From positions 7,101-71,100 of the forward strand of contig URJL01000004.1 in the NCBI GenBank assembly GCA_900548115.1: 64,000 nt of DNA, written 5' to 3'. A program made the translations under genes and the position numbers. This DNA comes from an uncultured Eubacteriales bacterium (GTDB lineage: Bacteria; Bacillota; Clostridia; Oscillospirales; CAG-382). Of the stretch, positions 19,205 to 29,100 are shown one piece after another. Position 1 is the stretch's first letter. Every line of letters starts with the position of its first letter. A model generated the notes under the pieces. It saw only the letters and a list, made by a program, of their open reading frames with translations. It did not search any database and was not told the origin of the DNA.

Positions 19205-19576
19205 ATGGCAAACAGCAAGAAGAAAAACGGCGGTTTTATCGCAATTTTGGTTTTGATCGTTTTGGTTGCGGCGGCAATCGTGTATGTTGTGGTCGACGGC
19301 ATTTCCGCCCGCAATGAAAACAAGGCGAACGATCAGCAGACCCCCGGTATCGAAAACACCGAAAACGGTGCAGATACGGACAAAGACGCAAACGCCGAGA
19401 ACGGCGCGGAGGATACGAACACCGAGGATAATGCCGACACGACGGATGACGCCAACACCGACGCCGACACGACGGATGACGAAAACACCGACGCCGACAC
19501 GACGGATGACGCCAACACCGAAGAAAACACCGAAGCGGACGCCGACGACACAACCGACGAAGATACGGCGGGCTGA
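19205..19576 (+). CDS. membrane-anchored acidic repeat protein
   Basis: N-terminal TM segment (FIAILVLIVLVAAAIVYVVV) followed by a D/T/N/E-rich tail with three 10-aa repeats. Confidence 0.55.
   Translation: MANSKKKNGGFIAILVLIVLVAAAIVYVVVDGISARNENKANDQQTPGIENTENGADTDKDANAENGAEDTNTEDNADTTDDANTDADTTDDENTDADTTDDANTEENTEADADDTTDEDTAG
19433..19522 (+). repeat. 3 x 30-bp in-frame tandem repeat
   Basis: GCCGACACGACGGATGACG(C/A)(C/A)AACACCGA(C/A), near-identical units at 19433, 19463 and 19493. Confidence 0.9.
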
Positions 19577-19596
19577 TTGCAAACGGGTATTACGAT

Positions 19597-20685
19597 ATGA
19601 AAAAGAATTTATTGAAGACAAGTGCTGTCCTGCTTTTGACGGGGGCGCTTCTCCTTTCCGTTTTTTCGCTTTACGGCTGCGGGAAGAAGGGGCTTTCCTT
19701 CAATAATAAGGACTTTGCGGCGGTCATGGCGAAAGCCTTTTCCAAAGAGGTCAACCGCATTACCGAGGAGGATCTTGCAAGCATCGAGAGCTTCTCGATG
19801 ATGACCTATTCGCAGAACAATTACATAAGCATCACCTTCGCGGGATTTTCCGAAGCGTCGGACGAAGAGCGCGAAAAGCTGTCCGCAAGCGTGGATATCA
19901 CAGGGTATACTCTTTCCGATATGTCGGATATGCATTATCTTACGGGCCTTAAGTATTTCTACGGTGCTTACCTCGGATACTCGAATTTTGATTTTTTGAA
20001 ATCCTGTACCGCGCTGGAGAACTTTATTCTCGACGGAAATTCCGAGTGCGGCGATTATACATTCCTTTCGAATTTTCCGAACCTTACGAGCCTTTCGCTC
20101 AACGAGTGCCAGACGGGCAGTCTTGATTTTGTGACGAAGCTTACGGGTCTTACGTCGCTTACTCTCAATTCGATCCGTATCGGCGACGATATTCCGTATG
20201 AACTGGATTTCGTAAAGCCGCTTACCGAGCTTACCTCTCTGAGCGTGGAGGGGAACTGGTTCGAGGATCTTTCACCCTTGAAAGAACTGAAGAAGCTTAC
20301 CCGCATCGACTTTTCTTACGGCTCGATCGAGGACGTTTCGCCGCTTGCGGATATGCCGCAGCTTACCTTTATCAACCTTACGCAGAACTGCGTGCGCGAC
20401 GTTTCGTCGCTCACGACGTTTGATCCCGAAAACTTTGACCGCATTATTCTCGACCTCAATTCGAGCATAACCGACTGGTCGCCGCTCGATTATCTCGGTG
20501 ACAAGGTGCAGGGAAGACCCACCACGCGTGATCTCGAAGAGGCAAACGGAAACACCGCGTCCGATGCCGCAGACGAAGAGCCGACCGATACGCAAAAGCC
20601 GACGGTTCTCGACCCATCGGGCGAGCCGGATTTTGAAAACGGCTACGGCGACAACGAGATCGATATAAGCGATTTTGACTTTTGA
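19597..20685 (+). CDS. leucine-rich-repeat lipoprotein (internalin-like LRR)
   Basis: Lipobox LYG|C. Repeated ~22-aa LxxLxxLxLxxN/C units (LTSLSLNEC, LTSLTLNS, LTSLSVEGN, LTRIDFS, LTFINLTQN). Confidence 0.75.
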   Translation: MKKNLLKTSAVLLLTGALLLSVFSLYGCGKKGLSFNNKDFAAVMAKAFSKEVNRITEEDLASIESFSMMTYSQNNYISITFAGFSEASDEEREKLSASVDITGYTLSDMSDMHYLTGLKYFYGAYLGYSNFDFLKSCTALENFILDGNSECGDYTFLSNFPNLTSLSLNECQTGSLDFVTKLTGLTSLTLNSIRIGDDIPYELDFVKPLTELTSLSVEGNWFEDLSPLKELKKLTRIDFSYGSIEDVSPLADMPQLTFINLTQNCVRDVSSLTTFDPENFDRIILDLNSSITDWSPLDYLGDKVQGRPTTRDLEEANGNTASDAADEEPTDTQKPTVLDPSGEPDFENGYGDNEIDISDFDF

Positions 20686-20698
20686 TTTTTGCAATTTT

Positions 20699-20730
20699 CC
20701 CCTTTGCCGCATGCGGCAAAGGGGTTTTCT
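20699..20730 (+). terminator. rho-independent terminator
   Basis: CCCCTTTGCCGC/GCGGCAAAGGGG stem followed by TTTT. Confidence 0.75.
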
Positions 20731-20914
20731 CCGCTCTTTCGGTAAATTTTCTTTCCTTATTTTTTCAGCCGACATAAATTGTTGAAAATGGCCTACTAAC
20801 CGTGTTAAAAATCGGCACTATTCACAGTTGATTTTTCATTTCGACTATGGTATCATACCTATACGGCGTGGGATGCGTACGTTCCCGAATTCGGGTGAAT
20901 GAAGAGGTGTCGCA

Positions 20915-22321
20915 ATGAGTAAACATCATGATGTGAGCCGATCCCGTTTCAACCGCTTTAAATTCGACACAGGAAAGCTTTCGGTTGTCGCAACGATTTT
21001 TTTGCCCGTTCTGATCGAAACGGCGCTGTCGCAGTTTTACAACGTTGTGGACATGATGATGGTCGGGCGGGACAATCCCGACGGACTTGCCGCCATCGGA
21101 CTTACCTCCAGTCCGCTGAGTATTTTCCTTTCGATTTTTTCTGCCGTCAACGTCGGCACAACGACGCTTGTCGCGTGGCATGTCGGCGCAAAAAAGTTGA
21201 AGGACGCACAGGACGTTTCGCGAACATCCCTTTGGATGAACCTTTTTCTCGGCATTATCATGACGCTATTCGGCATGCTCATGGCGGAGCCTATCGTGCA
21301 TTTTATGGACGGTGACGAAGAGGTCATGCGCCTTGCCGTCGATTATTACGATATTTTGGTCGTCGGAACGACCTTTCAGGCGCTGACCTACAGCGTGACG
21401 GCGGCGATGCGCGGCGCGGGGCTTTCCAAAGTGCCGATGATCTACAACACCGTTTCCAACCTTTTAAACGTAGGCGGTAACTATGTGCTGATCTACGGAA
21501 AATTCGGCTTTCGCCCGATGGGCGTGATCGGCGCGGGCTATTCGACGCTTATCAGCCGCATTATCTGCTGTATTTGGGCGCTGCTTTATATGTTCTTTGC
21601 CAAGACGCCCATCTCGTTCCGCACCCACTACGGAAAATACCGCTTCTCATGGTCGCAGGTGTGGCAAATGCTGTGTATCGGCATTCCGACGGCGGTCGAG
21701 ACGCTGATCATGAACTGCGGCAGTATGCTGTTTGTAAAAATTGTCAATATGCTCGGCAAGGTCGCCTTTTCGACCCATCAGATCTGCGGAAGCTTAAACG
21801 GCTTTATTTCTTCTCCTGCGACGGCGCTGAGCGTCACGTCCAACACGGTGGTCGGGCAATATCTCGGTGCAGGCGAGTTCGACACGGCGAAAAAATACAA
21901 CAATTATCTTTACAAAACTTCGTTTCTTCTGAGTGTCGTCATGACGACGCTCATCAACATCTTTTGGCGTCCGCTCATCGGCTGCTATGCCACGGCGGAT
22001 CAGACCGAGATCATCGCGCTTGCTCACACGATCTTTATTATCCTGTCGATCCAGTATCTCACGGGATATACCAACGGCGTTTTGATGGGAACAATGCGCG
22101 GCGCGGGCGACACGCGCTTTGCCATGCTGCTCAACACGTTCGGATTTTTCTGCTTCCGAATCCCGCTTTCGTATCTGTTCGGCATAACGATGGGATGGGG
22201 GCTGGAGGGCATTTGGCTTGCACTCATCGCGCACAGCTGGCTGAATACGATCTGTCTTTTCCTGCGCTACCGCTCGGGACGCTGGATCGAGACTTTCAAG
22301 CGCACAAATGCAAAAGGATAA
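20915..22321 (+). CDS. MATE-family efflux transporter
   Basis: 468-aa protein with 12 TM segments. N-terminal LIETALSQFYNVVDMMMVG is typical of MATE. Confidence 0.9.
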   Translation: MSKHHDVSRSRFNRFKFDTGKLSVVATIFLPVLIETALSQFYNVVDMMMVGRDNPDGLAAIGLTSSPLSIFLSIFSAVNVGTTTLVAWHVGAKKLKDAQDVSRTSLWMNLFLGIIMTLFGMLMAEPIVHFMDGDEEVMRLAVDYYDILVVGTTFQALTYSVTAAMRGAGLSKVPMIYNTVSNLLNVGGNYVLIYGKFGFRPMGVIGAGYSTLISRIICCIWALLYMFFAKTPISFRTHYGKYRFSWSQVWQMLCIGIPTAVETLIMNCGSMLFVKIVNMLGKVAFSTHQICGSLNGFISSPATALSVTSNTVVGQYLGAGEFDTAKKYNNYLYKTSFLLSVVMTTLINIFWRPLIGCYATADQTEIIALAHTIFIILSIQYLTGYTNGVLMGTMRGAGDTRFAMLLNTFGFFCFRIPLSYLFGITMGWGLEGIWLALIAHSWLNTICLFLRYRSGRWIETFKRTNAKG

Positions 22322-22322
22322 G

Positions 22323-22364
22323 AAAAAGGCAGTCTCCGCACAAAAAAACGGAGACTGCTTTTTT
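22323..22364. terminator. bidirectional terminator
   Basis: GCAGTCTCCG/CGGAGACTGC stem flanked by A5 and T6, between convergent MATE and feoB genes. Confidence 0.75.
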
Positions 22365-22365
22365 G

Positions 22366-24441
22366 TTATCCGATCCCGAAAAAAGTGAAAAACAGATTTA
22401 CGAAAAAACAGGTCAAAAGTCCGCACACGGCGGGCAGAAGAAAGGACAAAGCTGTTTTGGAAACGCTTTTTGTCTCGCGGCGGATCGTAAGCAGTGTTGT
22501 GGCGCACGGCCAGTGTAACATGGCGAAAATACAGGTGCAAAGCGCGGTCTTCATCGTCCAGCCGTTTGCCGCAAAGAGCATTTTTAATTCCGAAAGGCTT
22601 TCGTAGGTGCGCATCTCGCCCGCCGAAAGATAAATCATCATCATGATCGGGATCACAATCTCGTTGGCGGGAAGTCCCAAAAGAAAGGCAAGAAGAATAA
22701 CGCCGTCCATTCCGAAAAGCGAAGCGAACGGATCGAGAAAACGCGACAGATGCGTAAGAAGCGTAAGCTCGCCCACCGTTATGTGCGAAAGTCCCCACAA
22801 GATCGCTCCGCAGGGGGCGGCGACCGTGACGGCGCGAAGCAGAACCGAGAGCGTGCGGTCTTTTATCGAATGAACCAAAACGCTTCCGACGCGCGGCATG
22901 CGGTAAGGCGGAAGCTCCAAAACAAAAGAAGAGGGCTTTCCGCGCAAAAGCGTTGCCGAGAGAAATTTTGAAACGCCAAAAACCGCAAGGATCGAAAACA
23001 GAATCATGCCGCAAAGGATCAGCGATTGATAAAACGTGCCGTTTACGCCCGAAAACATGGCGATGAGGGCGATCATCATGGGAAAGCGCCCGTTGCAGGG
23101 GGAAAAGCTGTTGGTCAAAATCGCAATCAGCCGTTCGCGTTCCGAGCCGATGATCGAGCATCCGCTCACTCCGACTGCGTTGCAGCCGTAGCCCATGCAC
23201 ATGGTCAGCGCCTGTTTCCCGCACGCGCCGCAGCGGCAAAACGCGCGGTCGAGATTAAAGGCGATGCGCGGAAGATAACCCGAGTCCTCAAGCAGCGTAA
23301 ACATGGGAAAGAAAATCGCCATCGGCGGCAGCATAACGGCGACGATCCAGGCGACGACGCGGTAAATTCCGCAGACCAAAAGCGAAACAAGTCCGTCGGG
23401 CAGTCCGAGCGTGCAAAGTGCTTTATAAAGAAAGGCTTCTCCCTTTCCGAAAAGACTTGTCAGCGCCTCGGACGGAACGTTTGCTGCCCGAATTGTGATC
23501 CAAAAAATAAGAAGCAACAGAAAAAGCATGGCGGGAAAGGAAAAAACTCTGCCCGTCAATATTTTGTCGGCGCGGTCACTTTGCGGTTTTCCTTTTTGCA
23601 CGCATTTTCGAACAATGTCGCGGCACGCTGCGGCACAGGAGGCGGAAAGCGCTTCGGAAAAGGCTCCTTTTTCGGTGCCGCTTTCGGACAAAAAGGTCTT
23701 TGCTTCGGTAAGAAGCGCTTCGGGGTCGGGCAGGATTGACGGCTCGCAGTCGGAAAATTCGAGCACAAAGCCCGCGTCGCTCGCAAGACACTTCGCCGCG
23801 AGTACCCGACGCGGAAACCGTTTGCAATCCTTCGGGATCCTTTCGGAAAAGGCGGCGATGAGCGCCTCTTCGTTTTTGCCGTAAAAGGGCGTCGGGGGCG
23901 GGGGAGGCGGATTTTCGACGCTTTCGAAGATCGCGGTTTTCAGAGCGGAAATTCCTTGTTTTTTCTTGGCGCTGATCGGAACGACACGCACGCCGAGCTG
24001 CTTCTGCAGCGCGGTGTAATCGATCTTCTCGCCGCACGCCGCCGCTTCGTCGGTCATATTGACGCACAAAATCGTCGGTTTTTCGAGCGCGCAGATCGAA
24101 CGAAAAAGCATAAGATTTCGTTCAAGTGTCGGCGCCGAGCATACGTACACAATCAGATCGGGTTCGGAAAAAGCAAGAAAATTCCGTGCCGCCTCCTCTT
24201 CGAACGATTCGGGGTCAAAGGAATAAGCGCCGGGAAGATCGGCGGCAAGAAAATCTTTGCCGCGAATCCGAAGCGTGCCGAGCGTGTTGCTCACGGTTTT
24301 TCCCGACCAATTGCCTGTGTGCTGGTGAAGTCCCGTCAGCAGGTTGAACACACTGCTTTTTCCGACGTTCGGATTCCCCGCAAGGGCTATAAGCGGCGTC
24401 TTTTCGGATATCTGTCCCGTCCGCGGCTGTCTTTCACGCAA
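22366..24441 (-). CDS. feoB: ferrous iron transporter FeoB
   Basis: N-terminal G-domain GNPNVGKSSVFN plus a polytopic C-terminus; 691 aa. Confidence 0.92.
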   Translation of the reverse strand: MRERQPRTGQISEKTPLIALAGNPNVGKSSVFNLLTGLHQHTGNWSGKTVSNTLGTLRIRGKDFLAADLPGAYSFDPESFEEEAARNFLAFSEPDLIVYVCSAPTLERNLMLFRSICALEKPTILCVNMTDEAAACGEKIDYTALQKQLGVRVVPISAKKKQGISALKTAIFESVENPPPPPPTPFYGKNEEALIAAFSERIPKDCKRFPRRVLAAKCLASDAGFVLEFSDCEPSILPDPEALLTEAKTFLSESGTEKGAFSEALSASCAAACRDIVRKCVQKGKPQSDRADKILTGRVFSFPAMLFLLLLIFWITIRAANVPSEALTSLFGKGEAFLYKALCTLGLPDGLVSLLVCGIYRVVAWIVAVMLPPMAIFFPMFTLLEDSGYLPRIAFNLDRAFCRCGACGKQALTMCMGYGCNAVGVSGCSIIGSERERLIAILTNSFSPCNGRFPMMIALIAMFSGVNGTFYQSLILCGMILFSILAVFGVSKFLSATLLRGKPSSFVLELPPYRMPRVGSVLVHSIKDRTLSVLLRAVTVAAPCGAILWGLSHITVGELTLLTHLSRFLDPFASLFGMDGVILLAFLLGLPANEIVIPIMMMIYLSAGEMRTYESLSELKMLFAANGWTMKTALCTCIFAMLHWPCATTLLTIRRETKSVSKTALSFLLPAVCGLLTCFFVNLFFTFFGIG

Positions 24442-24667
24442 GGCTCATCACCTCGATTTTCGAACAGTCGTTTTTGCGAAGCGCCACGATCGTGTCGCAT
24501 ACGCGGTAAGCGACGGGGTCGCCGAGCGGACTTCTGAAAAGGCACGAAAGGATCGCTCCCTTCGTGATCCCAATATCGCAAAGCCGCTTTTTCAAAGGAC
24601 AGTCGTCGATCTTCTCTATCGTAAACCGCTCGCCGAGCGTTACCGTATCCATGGTTTTGGTCTGCAT
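24434..24667 (-). CDS. feoA: FeoA-family protein
   Basis: 77-aa SH3-like FeoA (LGERFTIEKI...GITKGA...). AGGAG RBS before ATG 24667. Overlaps feoB by 8 nt. Confidence 0.85.
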   Translation of the reverse strand: MQTKTMDTVTLGERFTIEKIDDCPLKKRLCDIGITKGAILSCLFRSPLGDPVAYRVCDTIVALRKNDCSKIEVMSLA

Positions 24668-24865
24668 TCTGTAGACTCCTTTCTTGCAGGACCGTCTTAT
24701 GACAGTGTATGCGAAACGGAAAGGAAAGGTCACGGAGACAAAACAAAATACGTATGATACAGTATCGATATCAACGGAGCGGAAACAATCGTTGTTTCAA
24801 AAAACGTGGAGACGTCGAATTTTTCGAAAAACGACTCACAAACTCCGAGACATACCGACTGTAAG

Positions 24866-24900
24866 AAAATCCCCCGTACGAAATAGTACGGGGGGATTTT
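24866..24900 (-). terminator. rho-independent terminator of the AraC gene
   Basis: AAAATCCCCCGTAC/GTACGGGGGGATTTT palindromic hairpin. Confidence 0.7.
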
Positions 24901-24920
24901 CCTGTTCCGCCGGCTTCGGC

Positions 24921-25946
24921 TCAGCGCGTGCGCACGCGGGAATATTTCTTTCGGTATTCGCCCGGCGTCATGCCGCAGTGCTTTTTGAAGGCGCGGTAGA
25001 AATATTCTTTTGTCGAGTAGCCCGATTCGAAAATAATTTCGTTTATCGATTTTTCGGTAAGTGTCAAGTGCTTGCAGACAAAATCCATGCGCTCGTTTGT
25101 CAGATTTTCTTTGAAGGAAAGCCCCGTGTGTCGGCGGATGAGCTTGCAGATATGCGACGGCGTGTAATGAAAACGCTCGCAAAGCTCGTCCAGCGTGACG
25201 CCCGAAAAATGAATGTGAATATAGTCCATGATCTGTGCGGCGGGGGTCGTTTGACCGATGAGAGAGGCAGAGTAAGAATAGTACGGCGCGTCGGCGCGGG
25301 AATAGGTGATCAGCAAAAGATTCAAAAGAAGCTCGGCGGCGACAAGACTTTTGTTTTTGTCCTTTATCTCATCATCGTTCGCCCGATCGATCTCATAAAA
25401 CAGTTTTTGCGCGGTAAGAAGCGTGTCGGAGACGCCCTTGTGCAGGATCATAAACTTCGGGCAGTCCTTTCCGAACAGCATGCGGTTCAGATAATCGGAA
25501 ACGGGAAGATCGGCGGCAAGGAGCGGCGCAAAGATGCGCGACGAGTCATGAACGGGGAAAAGAATATTGAACAAAACATTCTCGTCCCGCTTGCTGCTCG
25601 GCGGGAGGTTATAATTGATGGTGAACTTCTGAAGCACCTGCGGCGGAACGATGCAGAGATCGCCCTCCGAAAGCTCGGTGGGCGTGCCCTCGTCGGTATG
25701 AATAAAAAAGTGTCCGCGGTAAACGTAGCAAAATTTGCAGACGGGCAGGCGGTGATACATCGAAACGGTGTCCCACACATGGCGCAGAAGGAAGATCGGA
25801 CGGTTTCGCAGAGATCCCTTTTCGCTGAGAACCAGCGGGGAGGTCTCGTCGTGAAAACGATCCTCAAATCGATAGCGAAGCTCGTCGTCGCTGAACTCGG
25901 TAAGACCTTGGATATATTCTTCGAAAGAACGGAGCATAACGGTCAT
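24921..25946 (-). CDS. AraC-family regulator (cupin N-terminal domain + HTH), divergent from the giant gene
   Basis: C-terminal GYSTKEYFYRAFKKHCGMTPGEYR HTH_18 signature. Confidence 0.8.
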   Translation of the reverse strand: MTVMLRSFEEYIQGLTEFSDDELRYRFEDRFHDETSPLVLSEKGSLRNRPIFLLRHVWDTVSMYHRLPVCKFCYVYRGHFFIHTDEGTPTELSEGDLCIVPPQVLQKFTINYNLPPSSKRDENVLFNILFPVHDSSRIFAPLLAADLPVSDYLNRMLFGKDCPKFMILHKGVSDTLLTAQKLFYEIDRANDDEIKDKNKSLVAAELLLNLLLITYSRADAPYYSYSASLIGQTTPAAQIMDYIHIHFSGVTLDELCERFHYTPSHICKLIRRHTGLSFKENLTNERMDFVCKHLTLTEKSINEIIFESGYSTKEYFYRAFKKHCGMTPGEYRKKYSRVRTR

Positions 25947-26161
25947 TCTCCTTTTCGGTACGGTAATTGTATTCTATACCGAATCACCAAAAAAGTCAAT
26001 AAAATTCGCTAAAAATTCGCTTTCCATTTTTTACTTTTTAAGATAAAATAATGTTGAAAGCTTGTGATTTGGGAAAAAGCGCAGTTGTCTGTACTTTTTC
26101 AAAATCAAGGCTTCGGCTCAAAAAACCGTTTTTTACAATGCGCGAAAAAGGAGAGGATCAA

Positions 26162-29100
26162 ATGAAAAGAAAAACCGCAAAACGAAGTCTTGCCGCGGTT
26201 TTGTCGGTGCTTACGGCGTGCGGAAATTTTGTTTTCGCACCGTTTTCGATATCCGCCGCAGATGCCGACGCGACCGTGTATTTGCAGGACCTGTATTTCA
26301 AAAACCCCGACGGCGTTACCGTCGCCGGAAGTCAAACGATAATGGCAGGCGAACGCACCGTTACCTATGCGTCGGGCAATGTGACCTATTCAAAGGCGAT
26401 CCGTCAGGATACGGTCAACAATGTCGGCGGGCTTGAGGAATCGAGCATGACTTTTTCGATCGGGGATCTCTCGGTTTTCGGCAGTGATTTTACCGCCGAT
26501 GTCGGCATGCAGGCGGGCGACACCTATCTTTTGGGCGACGCTGTTTTCAAGGTTTATGTCGACGGTGTTTTGACGGCAAAAAGCGGCGTCGTTTCGTATA
26601 AAAGCGAAAAAACGACCGTTACGTGCTATGTCCCCGCGACGGCAAAAACGCTCACGATCGCGGTCGACTGCTACGACGACACCGCGTGCGACTGGTGCGT
26701 TTGGGGCGACCCGCGTCTCACGCCGCGCAAAAATGCAAAAGTTTATCTTTCGCCTCTTGCCCGCACCGAAAAGAACAAGGTGCAGACGGGTTACGGAAGT
26801 TACACGATCCGCTATAACGACACCGAGTCGCGGGAATTTTCGCAGTCGATCTATAACCACGCCGCCGGCGTCGGAAAACCGTTTGCGTCGGTGTCCTACG
26901 ATGTCGAATCGATCGCCGCAAACGGCGCGGTGTTCAAGTCGTATATCGGACTGCGAAACGACATAGACGGCACAAAGGATACGAATAAATACGGAAAAGC
27001 TTCGTTTTTGGTATATGCCGACGATGTTCTTCTTGAGACATCCGAGGAGATCACGCCCGAAAGCCCGCTTACGCGCCTTTGCGCTGCGATTCCGTCGGGA
27101 ACCAAGACTCTGACGCTTGCGCAGAATCCCGGAACCAGCCAGGACTGTGACTGGTGCGTCTGGGGCGATCCGTATATTTACCCGTCGGATATCGTTCTTT
27201 TTGACGCTTATGCGGACAAAACTATGCTCTTGTACGGCGAAACGGAAAAGATCACGGTGAAGTTTTTCGGCGGCGACGGTGAGAAAATTGCCGATGCCGC
27301 CTATACGGCAAGCTTTGAAAGCGCCGACAGCGCGGTCGCGACGGTATCGAACGACGGCACCGTCACGGCAAGAGCCTTCGGCACGACCGAAATTACTCTT
27401 ATCGCCTCCTACGGCGGAAAGGAATATCGGAAAACGATTCCGATCTCGGTCACGACGGGAGCAAAGAACGTCTATCTTGCGGATTTGAGCAGTGCGCATG
27501 CCGGCTCTTATACCCTTCGTTATGCCGACACGGGGCGGCTTCTCTGTGAAAAGGGTCTTTACATCCACGCGGGAAAGCCGGGGGCGGCGTTTGTTTCGGC
27601 GACCTATGATATCGCGCAGTATACCGCCGCCGATACCTCGTTCCATTCCTATATCGGTTTTCTTGCGACCAACGGAAGCGAGACCGATACGGCGATGCGC
27701 GGACTTGCGTCCTTTGTTGTATATGCCGACGGCACGGAAATTGCAAAATCCGATTTCATCTCGCCCGCAAGCGAGCTTTCGCGCATCGATGTTTTGATTC
27801 CGAAGGGAACAAAGATTTTAAAGATCGCGCTTGATCCGGGCGAAAAGCAGGATTTTGACTGGTGTTTGTGGGGCGACCCGTATCTCGCGGTCGATGAGGA
27901 CTACGAAAACCGCCTTTCGTCGGTCTCGCTTTCGGCGGAAAAGACCGAGCTTTCTCTCGGCGAATCGGTCGGGACGAGCCTTGTCGCGACTCTTGTGAGC
28001 GGAAGCGAGCCGGATCTTTCCAAAGCAAAGATCACGTATTCGAGCAGTGCTCCCGATGTTTTGTCGGTCAAAGACGACGGCACGGTTACGGCGCTTTCGA
28101 ACGGCACGGCGATTTTAAGCGTGAAGGTCGAATACAACAGCAGTGCGGCGAGCGCCGCTCTGCGTTTCCGCTGCGGCGAAACGGCAGGGGACATCACCCG
28201 TTATCTCGGCGAGCTTTCGCCGGAAAAAGCGTCGGTCGGCTGGGGCGCCCTGACGATCGACCGCGACCTTTCGGGCAATAAGATTCACTTTGCGAACGAT
28301 GGCGACGGTATTACGTGCGAAAAGGGTCTTATGACCCACGCGCCCGCCGAGCTTGTCTACGACATCGAGCATTACGGCGCGTTTGCCTTCCGTGCAACGG
28401 TCGGTATTACCGACGACGAGGCGGCGGGAAAGGGACTGGTGCAGTTCTTTGTTTACGCCGACGATACGCTCCTTTACCAAAGCGCGAAAATGACCAACGT
28501 CGGTCCGTATGAAGAGATCGACGTCACCGTTCCCGACGGAACGAAAACGCTTCGTCTTGTCGCCGATTCGTGCGGCGACAATGCCAGCGACCACAGCGCA
28601 TGGGGAAACGCACGCATTCTTTTGAGCGCCGAGAATGGCAAAAACGTCGTTTTTGCCCGCGCCGCTCTGTCCCGCGCCGTTCTTCCCGTAAACGAAACGG
28701 CAAAGGTGAGCGTCACGGGACTTTATGCCGACGGAAGCGCGCTTGACGGAACCGAAAGCATAACCTACAAAAGTGAAAACGAAGGCGTGTTTACCGTCGA
28801 CGAAAACGGCGTTCTGACGGGCGTTTCCGACGGAGTTGCGATGCTTTGTACGACCATTGCGTCGGGTAACAGCACGTATACGACCGAAACGCGCGTCATT
28901 GTCGGCGAGAGCGAGAACGGATTTCTGTTCCACTTTAATTCGCCCGACGGCACGAGAACCTTTATTCTCTCGCTTTCCGAGACCGACGGTGCGCTTTCCT
29001 ACATGCTCTGCGACGAAAATTCTTTGGCGATCGAAGAGAGCGCACTCGGCATTGTCACCGACAAGGCGGATTTTACAAGCGGACTTACCTTGAAAGAGGC

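Noticed and set aside
19433-19522. CRISPR-like regular 30-bp repeats
   Set aside because: The units are directly adjacent with no spacers. They are in frame inside a coding sequence and there are only three copies, so this is a coding tandem repeat.
21794-23239. 481-aa minus-strand ORF and the 314-aa plus-strand ORF at 21574-22518
   Set aside because: They overlap the MATE and feoB genes in alternative frames or antisense. Their translations are Arg-rich junk.
24684-26012. 442-aa plus-strand ORF
   Set aside because: It is antisense to the AraC regulator (24921-25946), which has a clear HTH signature.
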